From assembly GCA_026625185.1 (NCBI GenBank), contig CP113000.1:1665622-1697621 (forward strand): DNA of 32,000 nucleotides, read 5' to 3'. The notes under the pieces are model-generated. The model saw only the letters and a list, made by a program, of their open reading frames with translations, searched no databases and was not told where the DNA came from. How positions within the stretch are numbered: the stretch's first letter is position 1; every line of letters starts with the position of its first letter. The translations under genes and the position numbers were made by a program. Positions 1 through 9,835 of the stretch are shown here, in pieces. The DNA is from Thermodesulfobacteriota bacterium. GTDB lineage: Bacteria; Desulfobacterota; WTBG01; JAGOGO01.

Positions 1-1
1 G

Positions 2-91
2 CCTTTCGCTCCCGAGAAACCGACTGTCGCTTCGGGAGATTCCGGTAGGACGGAGGCGAAACCTTCCCCGGCTCCAATGAAAAAGAGGTAA
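2..91 (+). CDS. 3' end of a periplasmic adaptor (MFP) gene of the first RND efflux operon (partial, runs off the window)
   Basis: Frame 2 is open from the window edge and stops at TAA 89-91, 6 nt before the pump start. The Pro/Ala/Ser/Lys-rich tail (..KPSPAPMKKR*) resembles the tail of the complete adaptor at 5353-6576. Operon logic is adaptor-pump-OMF. Confidence 0.35.
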   Translation, partial: PFAPEKPTVASGDSGRTEAKPSPAPMKKR

Positions 92-97
92 GGCACT

Positions 98-3000
98 ATG
101 TCGAAGTTCTTCATCAACAGACCAATCGTGGCCATGGTCATTTCCATACTGATGGTCATCGTCGGCCTCGTCGCTGCTACGGGGCTCCCCATCGCTCAGT
201 TCCCGAACATTGTTCCTCCGGCGATCCAAGTAAACGCTACTTACACCGGGGCTGACGCCCTTACTGTTGAGCAGTCGGTTGCCACGCCCATCGAGCAGCA
301 GATGTCCGGGGTCGACAACCTGGACTACATGTACTCCATCAACACCAACAACGGGATGATGACCCTTTACAACTACTTCAACCTGAAAACCGAGGCCAAC
401 ACCGACCAGATTCTCTCCCAGATGCGGCAGAATCAGGCACAGTCGCAGCTTCCCAAGGATGTCGTTGATTATGGGGTGACGGTGCAGAAATCCACCTCGT
501 CGCCCCTCATCATGTTCGCCCTTTACTCCCCCAACGGGACCTACGATGCCGTCTTCCTCGCAAACTATTCCTACATCAACATCAACGACCAGATGACCCG
601 GATCAAGGGGATCGCCAGCGTCACGGTATACGGTGTCGGCCAATACGCCATGCGGCTCTGGGTCAAGCCGGACCAGCTCGCCAAGTTAAACATCACTATT
701 CCGGAGATCATGAACGCGGTCAAGGCCCAGAATACCGTCAACCCATCAGGCATGGTGGGCGCCGAGCCGGTACCGAAAGGCCAGGAGTTTACCTACTCCG
801 TTCGGTCCCAGGGAAGACTCCAGACCGAGGAGCAGTTCGGTGACATCGTGCTCCGTGCTAATCCCGACGGCTCCATTGTCAGGGTCAGGGACGTGGCGCG
901 CATCGCGCTGGGGTCCCAGACTTACAACGTGCAAAGTCGCTTCAACGGCAAGCCGTGCGCCCTCATCGCCCTCTTCCAGATGCCTGGAACCAACGCTCTG
1001 GATGCCGCCAACGGCACCAAAAAGCTGATGGAGGAGCTGAAGAAGAGCTTCCCGCCCGATCTAGACTATGAGGTAACGCTGGATACCACTTTGGCAGTTA
1101 CTGAAGGAATGCAGGAGATGAAAAAGACCTTTTTCGAGGCTCTCTTCCTCGTTGTTCTGGTCGTCTTCGTCTTCCTCCAGGGGTGGCGGGCGACCCTTAT
1201 TCCGCTCCTGGCAGTACCGGTCTCGTTGGTGGGGACCTTTGCGGTCTTTCCCCTCCTCGGCTTTTCGATCAATACGCTGTCCCTCTTCGGCCTTATCCTC
1301 GCTATTGGCCTGGTAGTGGACGATGCCATCGTCGTGGTTGAGGCCGTGGAGCACCACATTGAGCACGGCCTCTCGCCCAAGGATGCGGCACTCAAGGCCA
1401 TGGAGGAGGTCTCAGGCCCGGTCATCGCCATTGCCATTATTCTCGCGGCGGTCTTTGTCCCGACCGCCTTCATCCCCGGCATCACCGGCCAGCTTTACCA
1501 GCAGTTCGCGGTGACCATCGCTGTCTCGGTAATCCTCTCCGCTTTCAACGCCCTCTCCCTCTCCCCGGCGCTCTGCGCGCTGCTGCTGAAGCCCAAGAAG
1601 AAGGGTGCCGGTCCGCTCCAGAAGTTCTACGACTGGTTCAACCGGGTCTTCGGCCGGGCCACCGACGGCTACGTGGGAATCTGCGGCGTCGCCGTTCGGA
1701 AGAGTTTAATTAGCTTCCTCTTATTAGGGGGGGTCACGGTCCTGGCTGGGGTATCGGGCAAAGCCATCCCCACCAGCTTCCTCCCGGACGAGGACCAAGG
1801 GTTCATCTTTGCCGGCGTGCAGCTGCCCGACGCCGCCTCGCTCCAGCGGACCCGCGAGGTAGCCCGGCAGGCCGAAGAAATCATCATGAAGACCCCGGGC
1901 GTCAATTACTGCTCCTCGATTATCGGTTACAACATGCTCAGCCAGGTGCAGAACACTTATAGCGCTTTCTTCTTCATTTCCCTTGAGGAATGGTCCACTC
2001 GGAAGGAGCCGGAAGCGCAGTATGAGGCAATCAAGGCGTCGATCTCGAAGAGGATGGCCGGCATTCCCGGTGCCATCGGTTTCGCCTTCCCGCCGCCAGC
2101 AATCATGGGGGTTGGCACCTCGGGTGGGGTCACTTTTATCCTTCAGGACCGGGCCGGCAAGGACATCGGTTTTCTTGCCGAGAACACGCAAAAGTTCATC
2201 GAAGAGGCCAAAAAACGACCCGAGCTGGCGCGCGTCACCACCACCTTCCTCCCCACCGTGCCACAACTCTATGTGGATGTAGATCGGGACAAGGTGCTCA
2301 AGCAGGGGGTCAACATCTCAGATATGTATAAAGTCCTGCAATGCTTCATGGGGAGTGGCTTCATCAACTACTTTAACCGGTTCGGCCGCCAGTGGCAGGT
2401 ATTCCTACAGGCCGAGGGGGACTACCGGACCAACATTGAAAACATAGGCCAGTTCTACGTGCGCAACAGCGACGGGAAATCGGTTCCGCTCTCGGCACTC
2501 ACCTCGGTTCGCAACATCACCGGGCCGGAATTTACCATGCGCTACAATCTCTACCGTTCAGCCCAGATCAATGCCTCGGCGTCCCCGGGGTATAGTTCGG
2601 CACAGGCCATGCAGGCGCTCGAGGAGGTCTTCGCCCAGACCATGCCGCGCGAAATGGGGTACGACTATAGCGGCATGTCATTCCAGGAGAAGAAAGCCCA
2701 ACAGGGGGTCTCGCCGGCGGTGATCTTCGCCTTCTCGTTTCTCTGTGTCTTCTTGATCCTGGCGGCCCAGTACGAGAGCTGGTCGCTGCCGTTCTCGGTA
2801 CTTCTCGGAACACCCATTGCAGTGGCCGGGGCTTTCGGCGGACTTTTAATGCGACACTTTGAAAATAACGTCTATGCCCAGATCGGTCTGGTCATGCTGA
2901 TCGGCCTGGCGGCCAAGAACGCAATCCTGATCGTCGAGTTTGCCAAGATGGAGTATGAGAAGGGCAAGCCGCTGGTCGAAGCGACCCTTGAGGGGGCGCG

Positions 3001-3250
3001 GCTCCGGCTTCGGCCCATCCTGATGACCTCCTTCGCCTTTATCCTCGGCTGTGTGCCGCTGGCTATCGCCAGTGGGGCCGGTGCGATATCGCGCCAGGTC
3101 ATGGGCACGGCGGTCATCGGCGGCATGCTGGCGGCCTCCTTCATCGCCATCTTCCTCATACCGGTTACCTTTTATGTCGTGGAAAAAATCTCCCATCGAG
3201 GCACTCATTCGGATTCTTCAATGAACAAGGAGGATAAACCTCATGGGTAA
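98..3250 (+). CDS. RND (HAE1/AcrB-MexB type) inner-membrane multidrug efflux permease, 1050 aa
   Basis: N-terminus MSKFFINRPIVAMVISILMVIVGL is typical of this family, as are the length, the 12-TM pattern with two large periplasmic loops, and conserved VVDDAIVVVE and AKNAILIVEF motifs. GAGG lies upstream of the ATG. Confidence 0.95.
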   Translation: MSKFFINRPIVAMVISILMVIVGLVAATGLPIAQFPNIVPPAIQVNATYTGADALTVEQSVATPIEQQMSGVDNLDYMYSINTNNGMMTLYNYFNLKTEANTDQILSQMRQNQAQSQLPKDVVDYGVTVQKSTSSPLIMFALYSPNGTYDAVFLANYSYININDQMTRIKGIASVTVYGVGQYAMRLWVKPDQLAKLNITIPEIMNAVKAQNTVNPSGMVGAEPVPKGQEFTYSVRSQGRLQTEEQFGDIVLRANPDGSIVRVRDVARIALGSQTYNVQSRFNGKPCALIALFQMPGTNALDAANGTKKLMEELKKSFPPDLDYEVTLDTTLAVTEGMQEMKKTFFEALFLVVLVVFVFLQGWRATLIPLLAVPVSLVGTFAVFPLLGFSINTLSLFGLILAIGLVVDDAIVVVEAVEHHIEHGLSPKDAALKAMEEVSGPVIAIAIILAAVFVPTAFIPGITGQLYQQFAVTIAVSVILSAFNALSLSPALCALLLKPKKKGAGPLQKFYDWFNRVFGRATDGYVGICGVAVRKSLISFLLLGGVTVLAGVSGKAIPTSFLPDEDQGFIFAGVQLPDAASLQRTREVARQAEEIIMKTPGVNYCSSIIGYNMLSQVQNTYSAFFFISLEEWSTRKEPEAQYEAIKASISKRMAGIPGAIGFAFPPPAIMGVGTSGGVTFILQDRAGKDIGFLAENTQKFIEEAKKRPELARVTTTFLPTVPQLYVDVDRDKVLKQGVNISDMYKVLQCFMGSGFINYFNRFGRQWQVFLQAEGDYRTNIENIGQFYVRNSDGKSVPLSALTSVRNITGPEFTMRYNLYRSAQINASASPGYSSAQAMQALEEVFAQTMPREMGYDYSGMSFQEKKAQQGVSPAVIFAFSFLCVFLILAAQYESWSLPFSVLLGTPIAVAGAFGGLLMRHFENNVYAQIGLVMLIGLAAKNAILIVEFAKMEYEKGKPLVEATLEGARLRLRPILMTSFAFILGCVPLAIASGAGAISRQVMGTAVIGGMLAASFIAIFLIPVTFYVVEKISHRGTHSDSSMNKEDKPHG

Positions 3251-4745
3251 GCTTATTAATGAACAGATCTCCTTCACAATTGCACTTCTTATGTTTTTTA
3301 TGGTCGCTTGTGCTATTGGTCCTGATTACCAAAGGCCGAAGGTAGATATTTCGCAAGCCTGGCGTTTTGAGGAAAAAGAAGCTTTGGATGTTGCCAATAC
3401 TGCCTGGTGGGAGCAGTTCAATGACCCGGTTTTAAATGAATTGATTCAGATTGCCCTCAAAGAAAATAAAGACCTGATGGTTGCTTCAGCACGGATCGAG
3501 GAGTTTATCGGCCGCTACCGCACCACCCGCTCCTATTTGTTTCCCAAAATTAACGCCCAAGCAGTGGGGGGAAGATCCCGTGCAACCGAGGAAGGGCCTT
3601 CTCCGTTGTCACCGAGCATTGAAAATCCTTCTGACTTTTTTCAAGGGTTTTTCTTTGGAAGTTGGGAAATTGACCTCTGGGGAAAGCTGCGGCGGGCCAA
3701 GGAAGCAGCCCGGGCTGATTTGCTGGGCACCGAAGAAGGTCGGCGAGGAGTGATTTTAACTCTGGTGGCCGCGGTGGCCAATGGCTATATTAACCTGCGA
3801 GACTTAGACCGGGAGCTGGAGATTTCCAAGCGCACTGCCACGACCCGTGACGGAACCTATAAGATGTTTAAGCTTCGTTTCGAAGCCGGTGTCATTTCTG
3901 AGCTTGAGCTCAGCCAGGTAAAATCAGAATACGAGGCGGCCCTGGCCGCCATCCCGCAGTTTGAAAAGGCCATTGCCCAGCAGGAGAATGCCTTAAGCAT
4001 TTTACTCGGCCGTAATCCTGGGGTTATTACCCGGGGAAAGATGATTGATGAGTTAGCTCTGCCTGTAGTTCCCCAAGGGGTTCCTTCCGATGTGCTCGAC
4101 CGGCGGCCGGATATTCGGCAGGCGGAACAAGATCTCATTGCTGCCAATGCACGAATTGGTGTTGCTAAGGCAGCGTATTTCCCCAGCATCTCCCTGACGG
4201 GAGATTATGGTTATGCCAGTACGGAACTTTCAAATTTGTTTGATGGTCCGGCGAAGGCCTGGAGCTGGACTGCGCCCATTGTTGCTCCCATCTTTACTGC
4301 CGGACAAATTTCCGGCGAAGTAAAGGCAGCAAATGCTATGCAGCAACAGGCTCTTTTTCGTTACCAGCAGGTGATACAAAATGCTTTTCGCGAAGTGGAT
4401 GATTCGCTCATTGACCAAAACAAAACAAGGGAGCAACTTGGTGCTCAAGGAAGGCAAGTAGAGGCTTTGCGCCAATATGCTCGATTAGCGCGGCTGCGTT
4501 TTGATGAAGGGTATACTAGCTATATTGAGGTGCTTGATGCGGAGCGGAGCCTTTTTGATGTTGAGCTTTCCTATACTCAAACCCAGGCTACCGTGTTTCA
4601 GGCGCTCGTAAATCTTTACAAGTCAATGGGTGGTGGTTGGGTGAACGAGGCAGATAAGCTGACGATTGACATGTCTGGTACAGGGAAGCCGGCTCAGGAA
4701 ACTCTTTGGGAGCGGATGAAAGGGGCACTGCAACTCATAAATTAA
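3243..4745 (+). CDS. Outer-membrane efflux lipoprotein, NodT/OprM family (OMF), 500 aa
   Basis: The start overlaps the pump stop (ATGGGTAA), implying translational coupling. Signal peptide with lipobox FMVAC followed by GPDYQRP. Family motifs WWxxFxDPxLNxLI, RPDIRQAE and LYKSMGGGW are present. Confidence 0.9.
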   Translation: MGKLINEQISFTIALLMFFMVACAIGPDYQRPKVDISQAWRFEEKEALDVANTAWWEQFNDPVLNELIQIALKENKDLMVASARIEEFIGRYRTTRSYLFPKINAQAVGGRSRATEEGPSPLSPSIENPSDFFQGFFFGSWEIDLWGKLRRAKEAARADLLGTEEGRRGVILTLVAAVANGYINLRDLDRELEISKRTATTRDGTYKMFKLRFEAGVISELELSQVKSEYEAALAAIPQFEKAIAQQENALSILLGRNPGVITRGKMIDELALPVVPQGVPSDVLDRRPDIRQAEQDLIAANARIGVAKAAYFPSISLTGDYGYASTELSNLFDGPAKAWSWTAPIVAPIFTAGQISGEVKAANAMQQQALFRYQQVIQNAFREVDDSLIDQNKTREQLGAQGRQVEALRQYARLARLRFDEGYTSYIEVLDAERSLFDVELSYTQTQATVFQALVNLYKSMGGGWVNEADKLTIDMSGTGKPAQETLWERMKGALQLIN

Positions 4746-4763
4746 ACCGTCTCTGTTTCTTTT

Positions 4764-4883
4764 TTAGGTATTACCCGTAGCTTCATATACCAAGTCTAAA
4801 GTGCGCTGAACGCCCAGGGTTGATGCTACTTCACAACCCGGCGCCCTACCTTGATATGCCAGCCTTCTTCTCTCGATTCAATG
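4764..4883 (-). pseudogene. trmB: Frameshifted 3'-terminal fragment (about 39 codons) of a trmB paralog
   Basis: Aligns by eye to 11338-11455, the 3' end of the intact trmB. It encodes ..IESREEGWHIKVG / RAPGCEVASTLGVQRTLDLVYEATGNT*, against ..IESREESWHIKVAPGCEVASTVGVQRALDLVYEAAGDI* in the intact gene. A 2-nt insertion (cc) breaks the frame. Homology stops abruptly at 4883/4884. Confidence 0.8.
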
Positions 4884-5352
4884 TCGTTTTGTCTTTCCGC
4901 CTTAACACCCCTTCCTGTCTGCTGTCATTTGTGATCATGGCAGTCACTTTCGATCTTATTGAGTGAATATCTCCCGGAAAATCAGTATCCCTCACAGGAC
5001 GAAAACCCGACATTTATTTTTATTTTATTTTTTAAATAAATATGAAATAATAGCCGAAAAAAAAGGACACGATTATCCCAATGATATGACTATCATTTTC
5101 GGTAAGGGGAGGTTATTAAGGCTTCACGGGTTTTTTGTTTTCAAAAGGTGCAGATTATAGCCCAAAACCAAATTTTTTCCGAGGGGTAATGATAAAAAAT
5201 TGTGTGGCAGGTTTATCTGGTGGTGTTGGTTGCCCGTCTGGTAACACTTTTTAGAGGGTCTCCGAAATGATAAAAAAAGCAGAGGAACTGTTTGAGAAAC
5301 CCTTTTAAAAAAAATTTGTTTGAATAACCACCCCTACTTTGAGGTTAACACC

Positions 5353-6576
5353 ATGAAATCATTTTCCATCCTGCGATCTTCTTTTTTGTTCGTCTTTTTA
5401 ATTAGTTATTGTTTGGTGTTTTTCCTTTTTCCCGGCTGCAAAAAAGCAGACGTATCCCAGGCACGGCCGCCTGCACAGGTGTCGGTTATTAAGATCGAAC
5501 TCAAAGACATGCCGGTGAGCCTCGAGTTCGTAGGCCAGACCCAGAGCTCGCACCAAGTGGAGATCCGGGCGCGGGTAAACGGTTTTCTTGACGAACGAAC
5601 GTACGTTGAAGGAACCCTTGTCCATGACGGCGATGTTATGTTCAGGATGGACCCGAAACCTTACCAGGCGCAACTGCAGGCGGCACAGGGCGAGCTCGCC
5701 CAACAGCAGGCGCGACTGACCACGGCCCGGGCAAACCTCGCGAGGGTCAAACCGCTCGTTGAGCAGGACGCTTTGTCGCAAAAGGATCTCGATGACGCTA
5801 CGGGCCAGGAACAGACTGCCGCAGCAGCCGTGGAATCGGCCAAGGCCAACGTAGAGGAAACCAAGCTCAATCTGGGGTACACAACGATAATCACACCGGT
5901 GACCGGACTTTCGAGCTATGCCCGCGTGCAGGACGGCGCTTACGTCAACCAGTCGAACAGTCTTCTTACCTATGTCTCTCAGATTGATCCGATATGGGTT
6001 ACCTTCAGTCTGTCGGAGAACGATGTTCTCAAATCTCGCAGTGAGGCGGAACGTGGCCAGCTTGTGTTGCCGAAGGAAGATGCCTATGAAGTGGAGGTCG
6101 AGCTTGGGGATGGTTCGATATTTCCCGAGAGAGGTCGCATTACCTTCGCAGACGCGGAATATAACCAGCAAACAGGCACGTTCCTGCTTCGGGCCACCCT
6201 TCCGAATCCCAAAGGCCATTTGCGGCCTGGGCAGTTTGTCCGCGTGCACATCCTGGGCGTCATACGGCCGAAAGCGATCCTCGTCCCTCTACGTGCCGTA
6301 CAGCAGGGGGACAAAGGCCACTTCATCTGGGTGGTGAATAAAGAGGGCAAGGCTGAGCAAAGGCCGGTAGTAGTGGGCGATTGGATGGGAAATAACTGGT
6401 TCATCAACGAGGGACTCATTGCCGGCGACCAGGTGGTCGTTGATGGTGGCCTCACCTTGCGGCCCGGCGATCCGGTTACGGTTAAGTCCCAGATGTCCAC
6501 CGTGGAATCTGCCCCCGGCAGCGCTGTTCTGAAAGCAGACGCTGGGAAAACCGAACCTACCATGAGCCAAAAATAA
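5353..6576 (+). CDS. RND efflux periplasmic adaptor (membrane fusion protein), lipoprotein
   Basis: ATG 5353 is preceded by GAGG at 5341-5344, so it is preferred over the TTG at 5320 used by the ORF track. Lipobox FPGC. HlyD/AcrA-like features include a coiled-coil hairpin QAQLQAAQGELAQQQARL and LGYTTIITPVTG. Confidence 0.9.
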   Translation: MKSFSILRSSFLFVFLISYCLVFFLFPGCKKADVSQARPPAQVSVIKIELKDMPVSLEFVGQTQSSHQVEIRARVNGFLDERTYVEGTLVHDGDVMFRMDPKPYQAQLQAAQGELAQQQARLTTARANLARVKPLVEQDALSQKDLDDATGQEQTAAAAVESAKANVEETKLNLGYTTIITPVTGLSSYARVQDGAYVNQSNSLLTYVSQIDPIWVTFSLSENDVLKSRSEAERGQLVLPKEDAYEVEVELGDGSIFPERGRITFADAEYNQQTGTFLLRATLPNPKGHLRPGQFVRVHILGVIRPKAILVPLRAVQQGDKGHFIWVVNKEGKAEQRPVVVGDWMGNNWFINEGLIAGDQVVVDGGLTLRPGDPVTVKSQMSTVESAPGSAVLKADAGKTEPTMSQK

Positions 6577-6591
6577 GGGAGGGACCGGGTA

Positions 6592-9500
6592 ATGACGTTT
6601 TCCAAATTCTTCATCGAGCGGCCGATTTTCGCTACGGTCGTTTCTTGTATCATCGTGATTGCCGGACTGGTGGCAATGAAAGCCCTACCGGTGGCCATGT
6701 ATCCAACGATCACGCCGGTCACGGTCCAGGTGACGACAACCTATCCCGGGGCTGACTCGAAGACGGTCGGCGATTCAGTGGCGGCACCTATTGAAGCCCA
6801 GATCAACGGCGTCGACAACATGCTTTACATGACATCAACCAGTTCCAACACAGGACAGATGACGATAACGGTCTACTTTACGCTGGACACGGATCCTGAC
6901 ATCGCTCAGGTACTGGTGCAGAACCGCGTCAACCTCGCCATGCCGCAACTTCCTGAAGCCGTCACCCAGTACGGGGTCTCGGTGCAGAAAAAATCATCTT
7001 CTCCCTTGATGGTCATTTCGGTTTTCAACCGGGACGGTCGGTACAGCCCGGAATATGTGACCAACTATGCCAATGTCTATGTTCTGGATGCAATCAAGCG
7101 GGTGAACGGCGCCGGGCAGGCTCAGATTTTAGGTATGCCGGACCAGGCCATGCGTATCTGGATGAATCCGGACCGGATGGCCTCCATGTCAATCACGACG
7201 ACCGATATCCAGAATGCTATCTCCAGGCAGAATGCGTTGTTCGGGGCGGGTCAGGTGGGTCAGCAGCCGGGTGACAAGGACGTGCAGTTGACGTTCCCCG
7301 TTGTGACTCAGGCCCCGTTTATGAAGCCTTCAGAATATGAAGACATCATTCTCCGCGCTAACCCGGACGGAAGCGCCATCGTGCGTGTCAAAGATGTTGC
7401 CCGCGCTGAAGTCGGCCGCAGACAGTATATTGATGACAATAAGCTGAATGGAGCGCCGGCAACTCCGATCATGGTCTACCAGCAGCCCGGGGCAAACGGG
7501 CTTGAGGTTTCCAAACAGGTTCGCAAGGTGATGGAAGACCTGAAGGCGACGATGCCCGAAGGCATTGAGTACGTCATAGCGCTTGATAATACCGATTTCG
7601 TGCGCATCTCCATCAAAGAGGTAATCCATACCCTTTTTGAAGCGGTACTGCTGGTGATTCTGGTCGTTTACTTCTTCCTGCAGAGTTTTCGTTCCACTTT
7701 CATCTGCATAGTCGCTATTTTGGTTTCGTTGATCGGCACTTTCGCCGGTATGCTCGCGCTCGGTTTTTCCATCAATCTTCTGACGCTTTTCGGCCTCGTG
7801 CTGGCTATCGGGATGGTGGTGGATGATGCGATTGTCGTGGTGGAAAACGTGGAGCGAATCATGACCAAGGAGCACATTTCCGTTAAACAGGCCACGATCA
7901 TGGCCATGGAGCAGATAAGCACCGCGCTTATCGCTGTTGTTCTCGTAATGGCTTCGGTCTTTATCCCCGCTGCGTTTCTTCCCGGAACCACCGGGCAACT
8001 TTATAAGCAGTTCGCCATAACCATCATTATTTCTGTAACCATCTCCGGATTTGTGGCTCTCACCCTGAGCCCCGCGATGTGCGGCCTCCTGCTGAAGCCC
8101 AGCACGCCCTCGCAGCGCGGTATCATGGGAGCGGTCAACCGTTTTTTTGCCTGGTTCAACCGGGGATTCCACCGCTTTACGCTCGGCTTCGGGGATGCGG
8201 TGGTACTCATGATCAAACGGACGACTATCGCTTTTATACTCCTTGTCTTTTTCATTTATGCGCTGGCGCACCTGTTCCGCACAACCCCGACCGCCTTTGT
8301 GCCCAACGAAGACCAGGGGTATGTGATGGGGCAGCTTATCATGCCCGACTCTGCCAGTGTGAACCGCACGGTTCAGACCTCCAGCCATATAGAGGGGTTG
8401 TTCGCGAAAAGTCCCGCAGTCGAATACCGAACGGTTATCAACGGCTACAGCTTAATCGACGCCCAGTTCAAGTCCAATGTGGCAACTTTCTTCATTAAGT
8501 TCAAAGACTTCGAGGAGCGTTATTCTTCCCTGGCCCGTGCCCGCACTGAAAACGCCCGCGCCGTCCTGAGAGGGGTAGCCGACGGCGCGCGGGCAATTGA
8601 AACCGGCCGCTTCATCCCGATACCGCCGCCGGCCATTCCGGGGATCGGCACCACGGGCGGTTTTGAGTTCTGGATCCAGGACAAGGGGGCAGGAGATCCG
8701 GCGCGTCTGAACGAGATCACCCAGCAGTTTCTGGCTAAGGCTCGCACACGACCAGAGCTTGCCGGCCTGAACACCACGTTCCGATCCGCATCCCAACAGT
8801 TGCGGGCTGAAGTCGACCGATCCAAGGCAGTGCTCCTCAGAGTGCCGATATCCGATGTGTATAGCGCCCTGCAGGGTCAGTTCGGTTCGATTGCGGTGAG
8901 CCAGTTTAATCAGTACAGCCGCGTCTGGAATGTTATCCTTCAGTCCGATGCCCCCTACCGTCGGACTCCTAACGACATCACCAAGCTTTACACAAGATCA
9001 AATGACGGCAATATGGTCCCGCTTTCGGCTCTGGTGACTACCAGGTACGTTACCGGCCCCGACCTGGTGCCGCATTTCAACGGATTCCCTGCTGCCCAGA
9101 TCACCGGTGACGCTGCGCCCGGCTATAGTTCAGGTACGACAATTAAGGCAATGGAGGAAGTCGCCAAGGAGGTGCTTCCCGCAGGATATGGTTTCTCCTG
9201 GTCAGGCATGGCTTTTGAGGAAAAGCAATCGGGCGGGACCTCAGCCAACGCCTTTATCTTCGGGATCATCATCGTCTTCTTGGTGCTTGCAGCCCAGTTT
9301 GAGTCATGGATCCTACCCGGCGCTGTGTTGACAGCGGTGCCGTTCGGCATCCTTGGCGCCCTGGTCTTTAACTGGCTCCGCGGCCTCAACAATGATGTTT
9401 ATTTCCAGATCGGGCTTTTGGTGCTGATTGGCCTCGGCGCCAAGAACGCAGTTTTGAGGGTTGCCTTTGCCGTGGATCTGCGCAAGCAGGGTCTGTCGGT

Positions 9501-9834
9501 CATGGACGCCACAATCCAGGCTGGCGAGGAGCGGCTGCGGCCGATCGTTATGACCTCGCTCGCGTTCATCTTCGGCGTGCTTCCGCTAGCCATTGCCACG
9601 GGTGCCGGCGCTAATGCTCGTCACTCTATCGGCACTGGTATCATGGGTGGCATGATTGGTGAGACCACCCTGGCCATGCTCTATGTGCCGCTTTTCTTTT
9701 ATCTCTTCGATACTCTCTCCGAACGGTCGGCAAAAAAAAAGGAAGCGAAGTCTTCATTCGAACCGTCGCCCGGGGCTACACCTGTCGGCAGCACCCAAGA
9801 GGGGCCAGTCCCCGACATAGAGGGGGGTAACTAA
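6592..9834 (+). CDS. RND (HAE1/AcrB type) inner-membrane efflux permease, 1080 aa
   Basis: N-terminus MTFSKFFIERPIFATVVSCIIVIAGL, motifs VVDDAIVVVENVER and GAKNAVL, and the expected size. GGGAGGG SD upstream. By eye it is a clearly diverged paralog of 98-3250. Confidence 0.95.
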   Translation: MTFSKFFIERPIFATVVSCIIVIAGLVAMKALPVAMYPTITPVTVQVTTTYPGADSKTVGDSVAAPIEAQINGVDNMLYMTSTSSNTGQMTITVYFTLDTDPDIAQVLVQNRVNLAMPQLPEAVTQYGVSVQKKSSSPLMVISVFNRDGRYSPEYVTNYANVYVLDAIKRVNGAGQAQILGMPDQAMRIWMNPDRMASMSITTTDIQNAISRQNALFGAGQVGQQPGDKDVQLTFPVVTQAPFMKPSEYEDIILRANPDGSAIVRVKDVARAEVGRRQYIDDNKLNGAPATPIMVYQQPGANGLEVSKQVRKVMEDLKATMPEGIEYVIALDNTDFVRISIKEVIHTLFEAVLLVILVVYFFLQSFRSTFICIVAILVSLIGTFAGMLALGFSINLLTLFGLVLAIGMVVDDAIVVVENVERIMTKEHISVKQATIMAMEQISTALIAVVLVMASVFIPAAFLPGTTGQLYKQFAITIIISVTISGFVALTLSPAMCGLLLKPSTPSQRGIMGAVNRFFAWFNRGFHRFTLGFGDAVVLMIKRTTIAFILLVFFIYALAHLFRTTPTAFVPNEDQGYVMGQLIMPDSASVNRTVQTSSHIEGLFAKSPAVEYRTVINGYSLIDAQFKSNVATFFIKFKDFEERYSSLARARTENARAVLRGVADGARAIETGRFIPIPPPAIPGIGTTGGFEFWIQDKGAGDPARLNEITQQFLAKARTRPELAGLNTTFRSASQQLRAEVDRSKAVLLRVPISDVYSALQGQFGSIAVSQFNQYSRVWNVILQSDAPYRRTPNDITKLYTRSNDGNMVPLSALVTTRYVTGPDLVPHFNGFPAAQITGDAAPGYSSGTTIKAMEEVAKEVLPAGYGFSWSGMAFEEKQSGGTSANAFIFGIIIVFLVLAAQFESWILPGAVLTAVPFGILGALVFNWLRGLNNDVYFQIGLLVLIGLGAKNAVLRVAFAVDLRKQGLSVMDATIQAGEERLRPIVMTSLAFIFGVLPLAIATGAGANARHSIGTGIMGGMIGETTLAMLYVPLFFYLFDTLSERSAKKKEAKSSFEPSPGATPVGSTQEGPVPDIEGGN

Positions 9835-9835
9835 C

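Noticed and set aside
4963-5160. 65-aa ORF in the spacer between the two efflux operons
   Set aside because: AT-rich intergenic sequence, no RBS, and a product rich in Ile/Phe/Lys/Arg typical of random AT-rich translation.
1066-8388. Long antisense or out-of-frame ORFs inside the RND, adaptor and OMF genes (for example 7330-8388 minus, 5398-6249 minus, 6084-6722 minus, 1724-2266 minus)
   Set aside because: The same GC-driven shadow-ORF phenomenon. The sense frames have unmistakable AcrB/AcrA/NodT family features, and the antisense products are low-complexity.
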